In this document: piece after piece, positions 10,908-23,347 of the stretch
Position numbering within the stretch: position 1 is the stretch's first letter
How the letters are laid out: the number at the start of each line of letters is the position of its first letter
The notes under the pieces: generated by a model
Seen by the model: the letters and a program-made list of their open reading frames with translations, nothing else
Told to the model about the DNA's origin: nothing
Database searches by the model: none
Origin: Dudresnaya verticillata
Lineage: Eukaryota
Direction of reading: 5' to 3'
DNA length: 64,000 nt
NCBI GenBank assembly: GCA_977862235.1
Contig: OZ374557.1
Location: 3,472,001 to 3,536,000, forward strand
Program-made: the position numbers and the translations under genes

Positions 10908-13900
10908 ATGTATCCATGCAACGGGCACCCGGCGTACTCTCCACCGCCGCCGGGGACGCCGTATCCCCCAGCAACGGCGTACCCGCCGCCTGTTGCAGCA
11001 CCTTATCAGCCACCGCAACCCCCCGCAAGCATACTACCCCACTCCTGTGCCGAGCTTCGCCACCGTTCTGCCTACGGCGCAGTATGCGGCGGCGCTACCA
11101 CACTACGGTGCTCTGCCGGCTTACGGTGCACCCTACACCGTTCCAGCACCTGAAAAATATCACGACGCAACAAAAGAAGAGATAGGGGTTCTTACTCAGA
11201 CGCCTCTGAAGATTCCCCACGCAATCGGGATGGACAATCTCGCCATCATGGCGAGCGCCGCAACTATACATCACCGCATCACCGCGAACGCGATGCGGAA
11301 GAAGGATCTAAATCCCCGATTAAGAACCGAGCAAGATGCCGTAACCGTTCAGTCTCTCCTCGCCCGGATAAGCGTGCCAAGACAAATGTGAACCTACGCC
11401 AAGGCAATCAAGTTGTGTCGTTTGGAAATCTGGTCCAAGATAATGCTGCTTTTCCGGCTTCCGTGCCATCGCAGAATACCGGGGGCTACCAACCAGGTCA
11501 TTTCGTCGTTACTAATACGCCCCATCTGCATGGCGTCTCATCTGGGACGCCTACACGTCCACCGCCGTCGTCCATTGCTGGTCCTTCCACAGACCCGGGG
11601 ATGCCAGTATACCCAGGGGTGGCGTATGGAGTTCAACCTGCTGGTCTGGGACGCACTTTAGCTGCAAATGCCATCGATATCCAAGGCCAGGGCCGTTTTC
11701 CACCTCCGCAGGGCCCGCCGACGGAGCATCTTTATGGTGAGCCGTATTCGATTCCGAAAGGTGTTGAGCACATGAAGGTTACTGCTGGTATGCCGCTCAT
11801 ATCAGAACAGGATCTAGCGCATGAAGAGATCCAAGTTCTTCGTAGTTGGCTAATGATGGGAATAACTAATCAGCAGTCTGACAAGCTTGAGGGTCTCATT
11901 CGCTTCGATGAGTTTCAGTTAAGATATTCCCTGCTCAAGGCTGGAGGTATGAAACCCCATGAGAAGGAATTCGATGGACGCCAAAAGCGGACTATCCGGC
12001 GCAACAGTCGCGGATGCCTCGACAAGGCCATCCGAATTCAGAAGGAATGGTTTGAGGATCAGATCAAGGAGATCATCAGAAAATACCCAGTTCTGGATCA
12101 TCTTTCTCACAACTACTCTTCTATGGAACCGGCTCAAGATTTCGTGGATGCTATGCTAGACCAGGGTTGTGCTGAATTCTCGAGGTGGTATGAACAAGTG
12201 AAAGAGTTTCTCAACAAGACTCGGAACGGGAAATGGCGATTCGAGGTTGCAGACCAGGAAAGGCGCCTCAGAGGGTTTGGTATGCAACAGCACGCTGCGT
12301 TCTACAATTTCGTAAGCAAAGAGCTCGATCGGAGTCAAGATCGACGAGGCACCACGCTCCTCTTAAGGAAGCTCATTATTCAGCAGGACATGGTGGCACG
12401 TTTCATCGACGATGAGAGAACCTGTCCGGCAATTCAACCTCTTAACCCCGATTCTGCTGTGACCGCTCTGGAGAACGTCAACCTTGCGCTCTATCATCAG
12501 TTCAACCGATGGAATGGTGGTCGTCATGGCCGTGGTGGACACGGCGGTCGTGGAGGCCGGGGATCCCGGTTCGAGGACGCGGTTGGGGCGGGCGGGGTGG
12601 AGGCGGCCATAGTGGGGACAGAAATCGTGGGAACTGTAATGGAGCCAAGCAAAACCAGCGCTATCAGGTACACGAAGGCGCAAGGAATAGGTATGGGAAC
12701 TACCGCGGCGATGGAGACCGCAACAACCGCGGTAGAGACCACGACTATCGTGGTGGAGACCGCGACTATCGTGGAGACCACGACTATCGTGGAGACCACG
12801 ACTATCGTGAAGACTACGACTATCGTGGTGGAGACCACGACTATCGTGGTGGAGACCGCGACTATCGTGGAGACCACGACTATCGTGGAGACCACGACTA
12901 TCGTGAAGACTACGACTATCGTGGTGGAGACCGCAACAACAATCGCTTTGAAGGCTCCAGACGTGCAAGCGACAACCGCGGCCGCAACTCTAAAGAGGGT
13001 AACCATCCGCATTTCAAAGGGACCCGTTATGGGGTTGCGCCGCCTGACAATGCACATCCCGGGCCCGGTCGGCTACAGTATCAATATCAAGGACAGGTAG
13101 AGGCATGTGCACCTTCAGCACCATCTGCGCCCGCCGTGGCGATTACTGCCCAGGTTGCGGCACCAACTACACTCTCAGCGGCAACCATTGCGCGTGTGGA
13201 AGCATCCCCTGCGCTTCATGCGACATACATTGCCCCCGAGTCGGCTTCCAGTCCTGCGGCGGCAATCTGTGTGCCTCCAGATACATCTACTGGACTTGCC
13301 GTCCCCGAACGGCCGTTGCCAGGCCATTCTGTCCCATCGCTTCCGACTGCCGCGGCAACTGCTCCGGTCTCTGCTGCAACTACTTCAAAGGTATTGAAAC
13401 CTCATACTATGACCACTGCACGAACTGCTCAGGTCCCTGAAAAAGCTGTAGTTGAAACTGCAGTAGAAGCTGCTACCGCCGTAGCTTCTATGGCTCGAGA
13501 TGCTCCACAGAAAGCCGATGCAGAAACGCTACGTCCGACTGCTCCAATTTCTGGCGGTACTCCCCAGGGCACTACTGCAGCTGCTGCAGTGACAACACAA
13601 GTCGCTTCGCCAAGTGCTCCGAACGGCCTAGGTATGGATACTACTTCTTCTGCGCCGCACGCATTTGGATTCCCGACTGGGGTGCGCCCACTGGACGCCG
13701 AGATTACACGTCGTCTTCTCGAGATGGTAGCGCTTGCACAAAACCCGGAGTTTAGGAGAACTACCGCAGTCCTTGCCGCTACAGGAAGCCATCCTGCCAT
13801 GCTAACGCCCCATGGTCAGCTGGGTGCTGTCGCTGGAAATGAAGGAGAAGAACGAATAAGGCATGACGCAGACGCAGAGGATCCAACTTGTCAGCCCAAA

Positions 13901-14455
13901 AGCTCAAGCGCGGGTTGCGCAGTCACACAGGTTTCGGAAGCGCCAGCCAGGCCTGGAACTCAGCTGGAGATGAACGGCGACGTTGCGACGCCATTTATAG
14001 CTGGTCATCCTCAAATCGCAGTGAGTGGGAATGGAGATGCATCGACGGGGGTATGCTCTGGTGAGAAGCCTGCTGATGCTCCCGGGGTTCATCGTTCAGA
14101 AGGTGGGACAAGGGCGTCTGCCCCGAATGCTGAAGCTTCCACTGCTGGGATCCAGGCCAAGGTTTTCAAACACAAGCTTCCATCTCTTCGGTCTGTCCCA
14201 GGCAAATAGAACACCGCTTCGAGAGTTGTGAAGGCTGCAGAAGATTCCTCTACAAAGGAAAAGGGTGATATCACAAAATCTTCTGATGCCAACCCCGGGG
14301 TGGCCATTCCCTCAGACATATCTCGCGACGATGAAAGCGCTTCGAACTGGGGCCCTTCATCCACACGCCCACGCCGCAATCGCGCACGTCGTGCGACAGC
14401 GCGCGCCAAGGCCAAGGATTCTGAAGCTGCGAAGGGACCTACAGCAACCCCGTAA
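10908..14455 (+). pseudogene. MULE cargo/second gene, unknown function (Pro/Tyr-rich N-terminus, probably helical core, RGG and RDYRG repeats, Ala/Thr-rich tail), frameshifted
   Basis: Overlapping ORFs 10902..11153, 10534..11391, 11388..13100, 12509..14209 and 14228..14455 tile one reading path with about three frameshifts and one in-frame TAG. Confidence 0.6.
12735..12934 (+). repeat. Higher-order coding minisatellite: 18/21-nt units in two 96-bp blocks
   Basis: GAGACCACGACTATCGTG(GTG) units. The block 21+18+18+18+21 nt starts at 12735 and again at 12831. Confidence 0.95.
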
Positions 14456-14459
14456 GGCC

Positions 14460-17400
14460 GTGAATAGATCGCAAAACCATGCGCTTGTGAGCAAATCTTG
14501 AATGATAACTGTAATATACAGGGATGTAGAGTACTGCAGTCTATGTAGGAAGATGACGTTTCTTCAGTATGAAATACGATATACCCTTGTGATTCTCGCT
14601 GAGATTGCGACAAGTCCTCAGAAGCATCCCCATTCATAACTCTCTTCCTCCTACGGGGTGGTTCAAAAGATCCTCTGTGTCAACGTTGGCTGCTACCCCT
14701 TCTCCCCCTTACCTCGTTTGGATTCTGTATTTCTACTCCCTGTGCACCTTGGGAGATGTATTCTGTGAGCATCGTAAGCCCCGCGGCCCTTCAACAGATC
14801 CAATGGTGCTACTCAGAGGGGAGCGTTTGTCACGCATTGCTTGAGAACCGCGCTGAAGGAAAGCAAAAATGTCATTCCTCATGAAATCACCACGATTTTC
14901 CGCTATGCTCAACATTTCCCGCACCAGACTTTTGGTTCCAGCGTATGACTCCTGATGTTCAGATTCTCTCCTGAAAAGCAGCTGCAGAGTAGCAGTGTCC
15001 ATATCAGCATCATCTGGGCTCAAAATATCGCCCTCATGTGCTGTAACAGCGAGGGCACGAGCTTGGCAGCTGTTGAAATTGTTGACCACGGCTCTGGTGA
15101 CGGTCCGCACCTCTACCCCCAGATGTAGTCCTCGGATTTCTTTATCTCCAGACTTCCCAAATCCGTACCCGCTGACGCCGTACATCTTTTTTCGTCCATT
15201 GAGACATGTCCTTTGCCCAATACGGATGGAAAAGAGCTTTGATAAGAATGAATCGACCTACGATACGGTCCAAGGCCATTCCTCCCCGACGGGTGCGCAA
15301 CTAGTCGAAACCTCCAGCTACGCGGAGAAGATGCACGCAAGGGAAACCCGTGCTAGAAGACATCTTACATGTGCAGTTGTATTTTATGGAGCCCTCGGCC
15401 GTACGAAACACAATCACTTCATACGAGATTCCGTAGTCCAGCAGCGGATACTGTTCTTCCAGATGGACAAATGCGGCAGCGAGGTCATCAGGGCCAACTT
15501 TATCTGGAAGATTCGAAACACGCCGGTTATTATGCTGCTGCTCATTCAAATGCTCGTTCGCAACACTATTTGGAGACGCATTGAGAGATGAGCGTGGTTC
15601 TGCCTCTTGTGTTGGTGGTGCTCTGGCAACATCTTCAACGCCTTCAGGCGAGCTCCGTGCACGATTTCGTGAGAGTCGTTAGCTTAATCCAACTACAGCC
15701 TGAAGGTAGATTGAACTTCTTGCTTGCATGAGGGGGCAGTATCGAGAATGCGGTGACTGCCGCCGCTGACTACTTGATTTTCAGTAGCCTCTGTTCGACT
15801 TTGTCGCTGTGTATGTTGGGTTTGGGAGGCATTAGTGGGAGGGTTTGGGTTCTCCGTCCATTCTCTCGCGCCGCGCCAACCAACTTTGAAAATAGCGACC
15901 TCATGTGAGCCAGAAAGTGAATCCCCAGGTGGATGCATGCAAGTATCAGACATATCCCTTAGCTGCGCGTATGATTCAAGCACTGTTTACCTTGAAACTT
16001 GCCGGACACTGTGTCGATGAAATATGTACAGGGCATACTTCGTAAAAGTGTTACAAAGACCTCGGTGCCACTTGTATCAAGCCCTAAACTTGCAGAGAGC
16101 TTTAAACAATATGTGGGAGAGCGGGTCTTTAGCCAGTCCGTTATCCGAGCTTCTCGCCGTTTCCGTGTGAGCTGACGAACAACGGAGGGAATTAGATCCA
16201 TCGGAACCTTCTTTCCACATACAATAGAGCGATACTCAGAATTGGAGGACTCCGTGCATCCACTACCCTGGAAAAGGAAGCGCGGATCGCAGGCACGCTT
16301 TTTGTAGACGTCCATCAGAGCTGCCGCGTTTCTATGATATAGCGTGATGTACCACCTAGGTGGACCTTGGGCACCCAAAGCAGTAAAGTATTTTCTTTCA
16401 AATGCCTCACGAAGCCGTACGAATATTTCAACAGTGGATACCCTCCTCATAATGAAAAGGTCCCTTGTCATGCATTGGTACAACGCGGGACGCTTGGCCT
16501 TCTGAAGAGAAGCCAATACGTTTCCCCGTTGATTCTGGTTCACATGCCACTCATCCAGAGTAACGTACGAAGTGTGTAGAATACTACTACAAGAAGACTT
16601 ATATGCGGCGTCCTGATACATAGCCACAATGCAAGGAACCACGTCGGAGTAAAATTCCTTAAACTTGCGGAAAACCCATTGGAACGTCACCACAGTTTCA
16701 TCGCATATGAAACCCATCATTGCCGTGAATATCTTTCCACAACGAGTCCTGCCATTGAAAGTTATCAGATTCATAAAGAACTCGTTTTCTTTGTACTTTC
16801 AATCCATGGAAACACCCGGCACAATTCCAAACTGGAAATAGTCTGCCTTCTATTCGGAGAAAGCCCATACAATAGCGTGCAATCTGCCAGAGTCATTGAC
16901 GCGAGACAGACGGCAATATGAGTCCTTGTCAGCGTTGCATATGTTCATTAGGTTCTGAACTAAACGCACGGCAGACGTATCATTCTGGTTTCCAATCGTT
17001 GATTGTCTTTAAAGCTGCCTTTGCAATCGGCAGTTGTCAACTACGAAGCTACATTTGTTTTCAAGGAAGCGGACTACATCAGAGAAACGCACAAAAGACT
17101 TATTATGCATCTCGTCGGCCTCCTTCAAAACGGAGCTAGGCAGCACTGCCTTCAGCTTTGTTGAAGGGAGAGGAGGGTGGGAGTGAACAACGTCAGGTAT
17201 CGTGAGGTTGTACTTTCTGACGTGTTACATAGAAGCATCCCCTCCCGGGGTGTCTAAATCATCTAAGATGACCCACGTGCTCGTGAAGCGAAACGAAAAC
17301 GGGCATTTTTCTTGCTGCGCACGGGTACATGTGTAGATACACCGATTCATTTCTTTCGCAACGTCAATGGTATCCCAATGTGAACGCTTCAGTTTCATAT

Positions 17401-18780
17401 CCAGGCCGAAGCTACTGCAGATGAATTCTATGTCTCTTCGCACCTCTGTGGCTGGTTTTCCCGGCTTTAAAGACTCCATGAAACTTTTCAAACATACTAC
17501 CAGGTCTTCCGTAGGGCTTAAGCACGGCTCGAACCCCATAATTGCATCAGTGTTCAAGGCAGGCGTTGATGGAAGCCTAGAAGCGGTCGTAGCCGGAGGT
17601 GGTGGTGGGCTAGTGGATCCAAGTGTATCCAATTCTTCTAAATTGTTGGGTTCGATGGAGACCGTACTCGACCCCTGATCTCCAAGTGCACCTGGCATTC
17701 TGTGTTCCATGGAGAGTTGTACACTACCTGTAACGTCCCCAGACGACGAGCTAAGGGCAATTGGCGGCCTGGAGCTGTTCATAGCACCTGCCACATCTAG
17801 AACGCCAGGCACCCTTGTTACCGGTGTAACCTGTAGGCTCAGAAGCTCCCGAAGTTTGGGGGACTTATGGAAGGCTTGCAGCCTTTTCTCACAAGAATGT
17901 TTCCTATTGTGAGGCTCGGAAGGGTGGTTATGTTCGTTGTGAATATTAGGAGAACTTGCCCAGACGTCCCAACCTTCCCCGTCCTTTCGATAGTCACAAA
18001 AAAAGAGACCACACATTTTTCACCGCTCTGTGAAGTCTCCGTGCGAGGGCAACGGAAACGAGCCTTCCAATCATGCATATTATCCTTGCATGGTCGCAAG
18101 TACGTCTTGATGAAGTAGAATCCATCTCTTGAAAATTGTGCTGCGTAATCTGCGCAATTTCGCGTTCGTCCCAGTGGATAGAACGTACTTTTCTTCTCGA
18201 CTCTCTGCCGTTCTGAGCCGTCAACTGGTGGTTTGAGCCGGTTAGAGGCAAGCAACTGCCGGCACTTTACATTTTCAGTGCTGTGAATAACGTTTGAGAG
18301 TTTGTCGCAAATCCTCATGTCGACAGACTGTTCAGTGTCCGTCTTGGACCGAGCTGCAGCAGCAGCGGCTGGGCCTTTGTACAAAGCTTCAGCTGTGTGA
18401 ATGGAACTAGAAGGGCAAAGTATGCCGCGACTTACGATATCGTGCCGAAGAGGCAAGGACTGACGCAAGGACTGTGCAGTGCGAATTGTTTCGCGGTTGG
18501 ATGTCTCAGGACAGGGAGGGGCTGGTTGCCGCTCTCGAGACGGATGCGATGAATCGGGCAGCTCAGTGGGGCGTTCGTGCCGCAGACGCAGAGCTTGTGC
18601 AATTTGTTCTGACCCATCGTCTTCTTCATGGTCGTCGATAATAGGTTGCATTTTCGGCAGTAAAAGAAGCTTTGATGCGAAACTGAGCGCTGGAGGCGCT
18701 AAGAATGGCCTCTCACCACGTGGTGAAAGCGATGCTGGGATTTCATGTTCCCGGATATTGAGAGGCAATGGCACTGTCAT
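14460..18780 (-). pseudogene. MULE (FAR1-like) transposase with SWIM zinc finger, disrupted
   Basis: YFQFG..VSMD*KYKEN (first catalytic Asp, ~16805), ETVVTFQWVFRKF and LDEWHVNQN in 15959..16774. SWIM CTCKMSSSTGFPCVH in 15301..15549. Upstream Cys/His motifs (RCPR..KC, HNEHNHP, CTRAQQEKCPF). Multiple stops and frameshifts; outer limits approximate. Confidence 0.85.
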
Positions 18781-18786
18781 TGTGCG

Positions 18787-19982
18787 TTATTGACTGCAGC
18801 TTGCACCTGATGAATCTCTCTTCCTGTCTGTGCCGATAACGGAAAAGCTTGACTGTTTTGCAGATAAACTCGCGCCTGTGAGACCAGTGTCACAGATGTC
18901 ATCTAATTGAAGCCCTCCGCGAGCTATCTCTATCTTCCGAGCTCGGAAGGTAGTAGAAAGTGTCGCAGACCGGCCAACCTGAACTGTGGAGGCAATTGCT
19001 GTCTCAACTACCTCCTCAGTGCTCATCTCAGCAGTAGGTGATCGGAGTGATTCCTGGTCTTGTAGAAATAGCGGCTCAGTCGACTGTAGAATGACAGATA
19101 TTTGTGGCCATTTCCACTTCTCTGTGATATGAGTTTGAAGGTCCTTTTCGATATTATGCTTCTCTATTCTCACTCCGTCAGACACTCCTGGTTTAGCCAC
19201 AGCCTTTAGAACATTAAATGCACAACGAAAACAAGCATCTCGCAGCTTTCCGGTAAGCTTCGCACTGTAATACGGGCGATATGCTGTCTGCGAAACACCT
19301 GAAAATTGGCCCCGTCCTGTAGGTGTGGCCAGAGAGCAACACACCGCCACCACATAAAACCCACAGCAATACCCATCTTCTTGTTTCGCGTATCCCATCT
19401 GATCTCGATGGGTCAGTCAGTTTTGCTGGGAAGCCTTCCATGTCATCCTAGGATATGATGATTTCAGTAGACAGTTTAGAAAATCTATTAGGCGTTTTTG
19501 CTCTACAGAACGCTGAGAGTACCCTACACCACGCTTCATTGAACTTCAGCACATACAGAAGATTGTCGGGTCGAGTCAGACCCTCTCTGGGACAGGAAGA
19601 GCATACGGAGATATAGAACGCCCCAGTGCGAACAGTCACAGGTCGGAATCAGTGTCCGTGACAGGCGCTGGTCACTATGCCGAACCAGATCTGTCAGAAT
19701 GTCTGACAGGGAGCGATGAAATGCAGTATGGACACATGTTGTAGACGTATTGTGTGCTAGCGCCTGAGCACGAAACATAATTGAAAATGACTGTCTTGGG
19801 ACAGCAATTGAGGAATAGGAAGTCAACTGCAACAGTGTCACTTCTAGCAGAAATCTGTTTGGCATGTTTTTGTCGTACAGCCAGCTAAGCCAGTGTCTTG
19901 AACCTAATGGTAACCCCTTCATCTTTGTTGCATCGTAGTATGCAGTGAACAAATCTCTGTCATCAATGTTTCGAACACACAT
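18787..19982 (-). pseudogene. Ulp1-like (peptidase C48) gene of the MULE, 3' part, split by the Gypsy insertion
   Basis: LIPTCDCSHWGVL (~19625) and KQEDGYCCGFYV (~19370) match the HW and QxxGxxCG catalytic motifs of Ulp1-type proteases. Confidence 0.75.
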
Positions 19983-21027
19983 TGTGGCATAGCTGTACGA
20001 CCAGCTGTGACACGCACGCGCAGCTGTAAGACCAGCTGCGCCACGTGTGCACTGCTGTGCGCACGCTGTCAGCCGGTGGCGCCGAAGCCCCGCTGAACTG
20101 TAAGGAAGTGCGCAGTGGCGCGCGCAGCTGTAAGACCAGCTGCGCCACGTGTGCACTGCTGTGCGCACGCTGTCAGCCGGTGGCGCCGAAGCCCCGCTGA
20201 ACTGTAAGGAAGTGCGCAGTGGCGCGCGCAGCTGTAAGACCAGCTGCGCCACGTGTGCACCGCTGTGCGCGCGCTGTCAGCCGGTGGCGCCGAAGCCCCG
20301 CTGAACTGTAAGGAAGTGCGCAGTGGCGCCCGCGTGCGCACGCGTACACGTGTGACACTGAAACTCCCATGTAATTTCTACGTTTATTGTTTTGTAGTGT
20401 ACAGCACCGTCTAAGTGTAAGCGGCGGTCGAACGCCCTGCTGTCCTGCGCGCTGCGCGCACGCACTCCGGCGCAGAGCCGTTGAGTGCGTGACACGCGCG
20501 CGCGCACTCCGGCGTCGAGCCGTTGAGTACGTGTGGACCGTTTCGCCCACGCGCGCCCCCGGGTTGCCGTTACCCGTACGCGTCGACACGTGTTGGGGCG
20601 CGCCGGCGCACCTCCTGGGTTGGTGCCGCCGCAGGCCCTGTAGTATATCTAGTAGTCGCCCCTCCGGGCTTCAGTAAACGAAACAAGCCAGTCTACGCCA
20701 GGCTTGCCCTTTCTGCTTTGGGTTTCTTTCCCAGTCCTTCGCCTTACGGCTTCCCTCTTTCCCTAGCCGTCTAGGCTTTCCTTTTCCTTTCCCTACCGTC
20801 GGCTTCGTGCCGCCCCACGACGGGGACGCAGGGATCCGGCCGCTGCCGCCCGCGTACGGTACGCCCCGTGCGCGCTCAGGCTTCGACACCGTTGATCCGC
20901 CACCGTCGACGGCGCGCGCGGCCGACACCGCCGCTCTACCACCACAGCTACCACCCTCCGACGGGTCTGGGTGCGACTGATCGACCAGCGCAGCTAGACG
21001 TCAGTACGACCTGACGTCTATGCCAGA
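19983..21027 (+). repeat. 5' LTR of element C (1045 bp)
   Basis: Direct repeat of 32553-33389 plus two extra 104-bp units. The end is mutated to ...CTATGCCAGA. Confidence 0.95.
20021..20328 (+). repeat. 3 x 104-bp tandem repeat in U3 of the 5' LTR
   Basis: CAGCTGTAAGACCAGCTGCG... begins at 20021, 20125 and 20229. Confidence 0.95.
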
Positions 21028-21028
21028 C

Positions 21029-21046
21029 TGGTCTCCCGACCTAGAA
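21029..21046 (+). promoter_or_regulatory. Primer-binding site TGGTCTCCCGACCTAGAA (probably tRNA-Tyr)
   Basis: Lies 1 nt after the 5' LTR. Its complement reads as a tRNA 3' end ...CTAGG-TCGGGAG-A-CCA. Confidence 0.88.
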
Positions 21047-21095
21047 GTCGCAGAAGACCCTATCACCTCTCGCGTCGACGCGGTCGAGGCCAAGA

Positions 21096-23333
21096 ATGCC
21101 GCCGCTACCTACTTCGGCCGCTGCCAGTTCGGCAGACGCCGCGGCAGGTGAAGTTGGCGGTCGACGCACTTCCTTGCTGAGTAACGTCGGCGTCTCAGGA
21201 GCTCCCCTAGAGGAACCGCGCATCGAGCGCAGGGCGGCTATAGCCAAGGCCCTAGGATGGACAACGGTCTCCACGAACGACCTCCAGCTACTCTACGAGG
21301 AGACGATGGACTCACTTTCGGAAGTGTACGACACCTTCATGGCCTCAGTCGCAGACGCGCGGGCACAAGGTCAACGTGACCTGGAGTCGCTTCGACGCGG
21401 AACTCTCGCCTCCGTCGAGGAAGGATTAACCCGAACTCAAGGGCTCTTTGACGAGCTACGCCAACGCGTTGAGTTGATAGAGCACGCACCGGCGCGGTAT
21501 GACGGACGGGCGCCTAGCCCGTCGCCCCAAGCTACTACAACGCGCCCTCGAGGGGCGCGGAGTTGGAGGGGCGTCTAGCCCCTCACCACACGAAGGTCCC
21601 GTGTCGGCCTACTGGCACTGGGGGCCATTGATACCGGGCGTCGAGCCGCTGAGCACCTTGGTCCCCGAATTCGCAAAGGCGATCGACTGCCGCTCCTATC
21701 GTCTAGACGACATAAGGCAGCGGGACAATCAGCAGCAAGTCTGCAATGGCAACACCGCCAAGATTGTCAACCGGATGAAGGCTCTCATGCCGCGGCTAGA
21801 TCGCTACGACGGCAAGGAGCTCATTCGCTTGCTTGGCGTGATTAGACAGCTACGCCAAGCCTTCAACGGCGTCGGCCTGTCGGGAGGCGCAGCGGCGCGA
21901 GTGGTGTCCTGGTTCCTAGACGGAACGGCATGCCAGGTTTATTCGAGTCACCTTTTCTCGGGGGTCCGGACGACTAATCGCGGCACCCCCCGTGCTGGGC
22001 CTCGGTGGTCAATACCCTCGTCGAGAGGTTCGTCACCGACGACGTGATCGCCGACGCGCACGACCGACTGACCACCGCCCGGCAGTGGGACGCCGAGTCA
22101 GAACTCGAGTTCGCCTCTCGTCTAGAGGGCTACGAAGATGACTGTGCCGGCGTCTACTCCGACGAGAACCTGACGCACCAGTTCCTGCGTGGTCTGCTTC
22201 CGACCACCCGACCCGCAGTAGCGGAGAAGGTAAGGCAGATGCCGATGGTCGAGCAGACCAACTTCAGTACCGTTCGTCGGATCGCCCACAGTGAGAGCAC
22301 AATCTACCGCACCCGCATGGCCAAGACGTCGACGCCGGACATCGTTTCGGGGCGCGGTAGGGGAAGCAGTTCGCCAAGCGGCCGCACACTGCTTATTGAG
22401 GCGCCACACACACCCGATAGGGAAGCGGCCTTCGACGGCACGATGTTGGTGACGCCCGATGACGATGGTTTCGAACCCGTCATGGTCGTGCCCGCGCTGT
22501 CGACAGCGGGGGCGGCGCAAGCCGAGGAGACCCTCGACATCTCAGAACGCATCGACGCCGTCCTGCCGAGGAGGATCCCTCCGCTCACACCGGCGCAAGA
22601 GGCAATGGCCCGCGCTGTCACCCCTGATCGACAGGGGTGGTACATCTGCTGGTTCTGTCGAGAACGTGGGCACATCATGTACTCGTGCCCATTCCTGACT
22701 AAGGAACAGCAGTTGTACTGCGCGTATGCGAACTGCAACCATAGACTGGAGACGCAGCCGCACGCGCGCAACAACTTGCAGCAGCTCATCGACGAGCGCA
22801 TGGCGGCAGCCGCCAAGGCAAGTTACCCCGCAAGACGCTTCGACGCGCAGCGGGGTGGGGCCCGACGCTTCGACGCAAAGGGTCCCCCGCAGCGCTTCGA
22901 CGCGCAAAGGTATCGCGGGGAGCCGCGACAGTACCGCGGGGATCGTCGAGATCCGCGCCGCGGGTACCGAAGGGCAGACGTCCCGCGGTTCCTCACTCGC
23001 GACAAGCGGGTCGGGTTTGACGACCAAGCCGGTCGCCAACCTCGGGCGTCGACGCCCTCGAGGCCCGACCCGCAGCGCGAACTGCTTCGGGCAGTGATGA
23101 CCGTGCAGGAGCACACCGGGCTAGCAGCCGACGAGTGGCTCCCGCGAGCGCTCGACGCGCAGAGCAAGGGCGAGTCCGCCCGGGGGCAGGTTGAGCAGCC
23201 CTCGCTCCTCTTTGACACGCCGCCGCGATCGACGCGAGGCGCCGGCCCGACACCCAGCCAGCCAATGGGATCCGAGGAAGATAGCTCGGATTCCGAAAAT
23301 AATTTTGACCGGGTCGAACCGGAAAAAGAGTAA
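21096..23333 (+). pseudogene. Gypsy gag, frameshifted
   Basis: ORFs 21096..21578, 21499..22047 and 22005..23333 with CX2CX4HX4C (CWFCRERGHIMYSC). Confidence 0.9.
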
Positions 23334-23347
23334 AGGCGGCGCCGTTC

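Noticed and set aside
12735..12934. CRISPR-like array (also considered for 20021-20328 and 52136-52314)
   Set aside because: These are head-to-tail tandem units without unique spacers, with no cas genes, in a eukaryotic context.
19963..20928. ORFs inside the LTRs
   Set aside because: They are translations of LTR and repeat sequence with no protein-like features.
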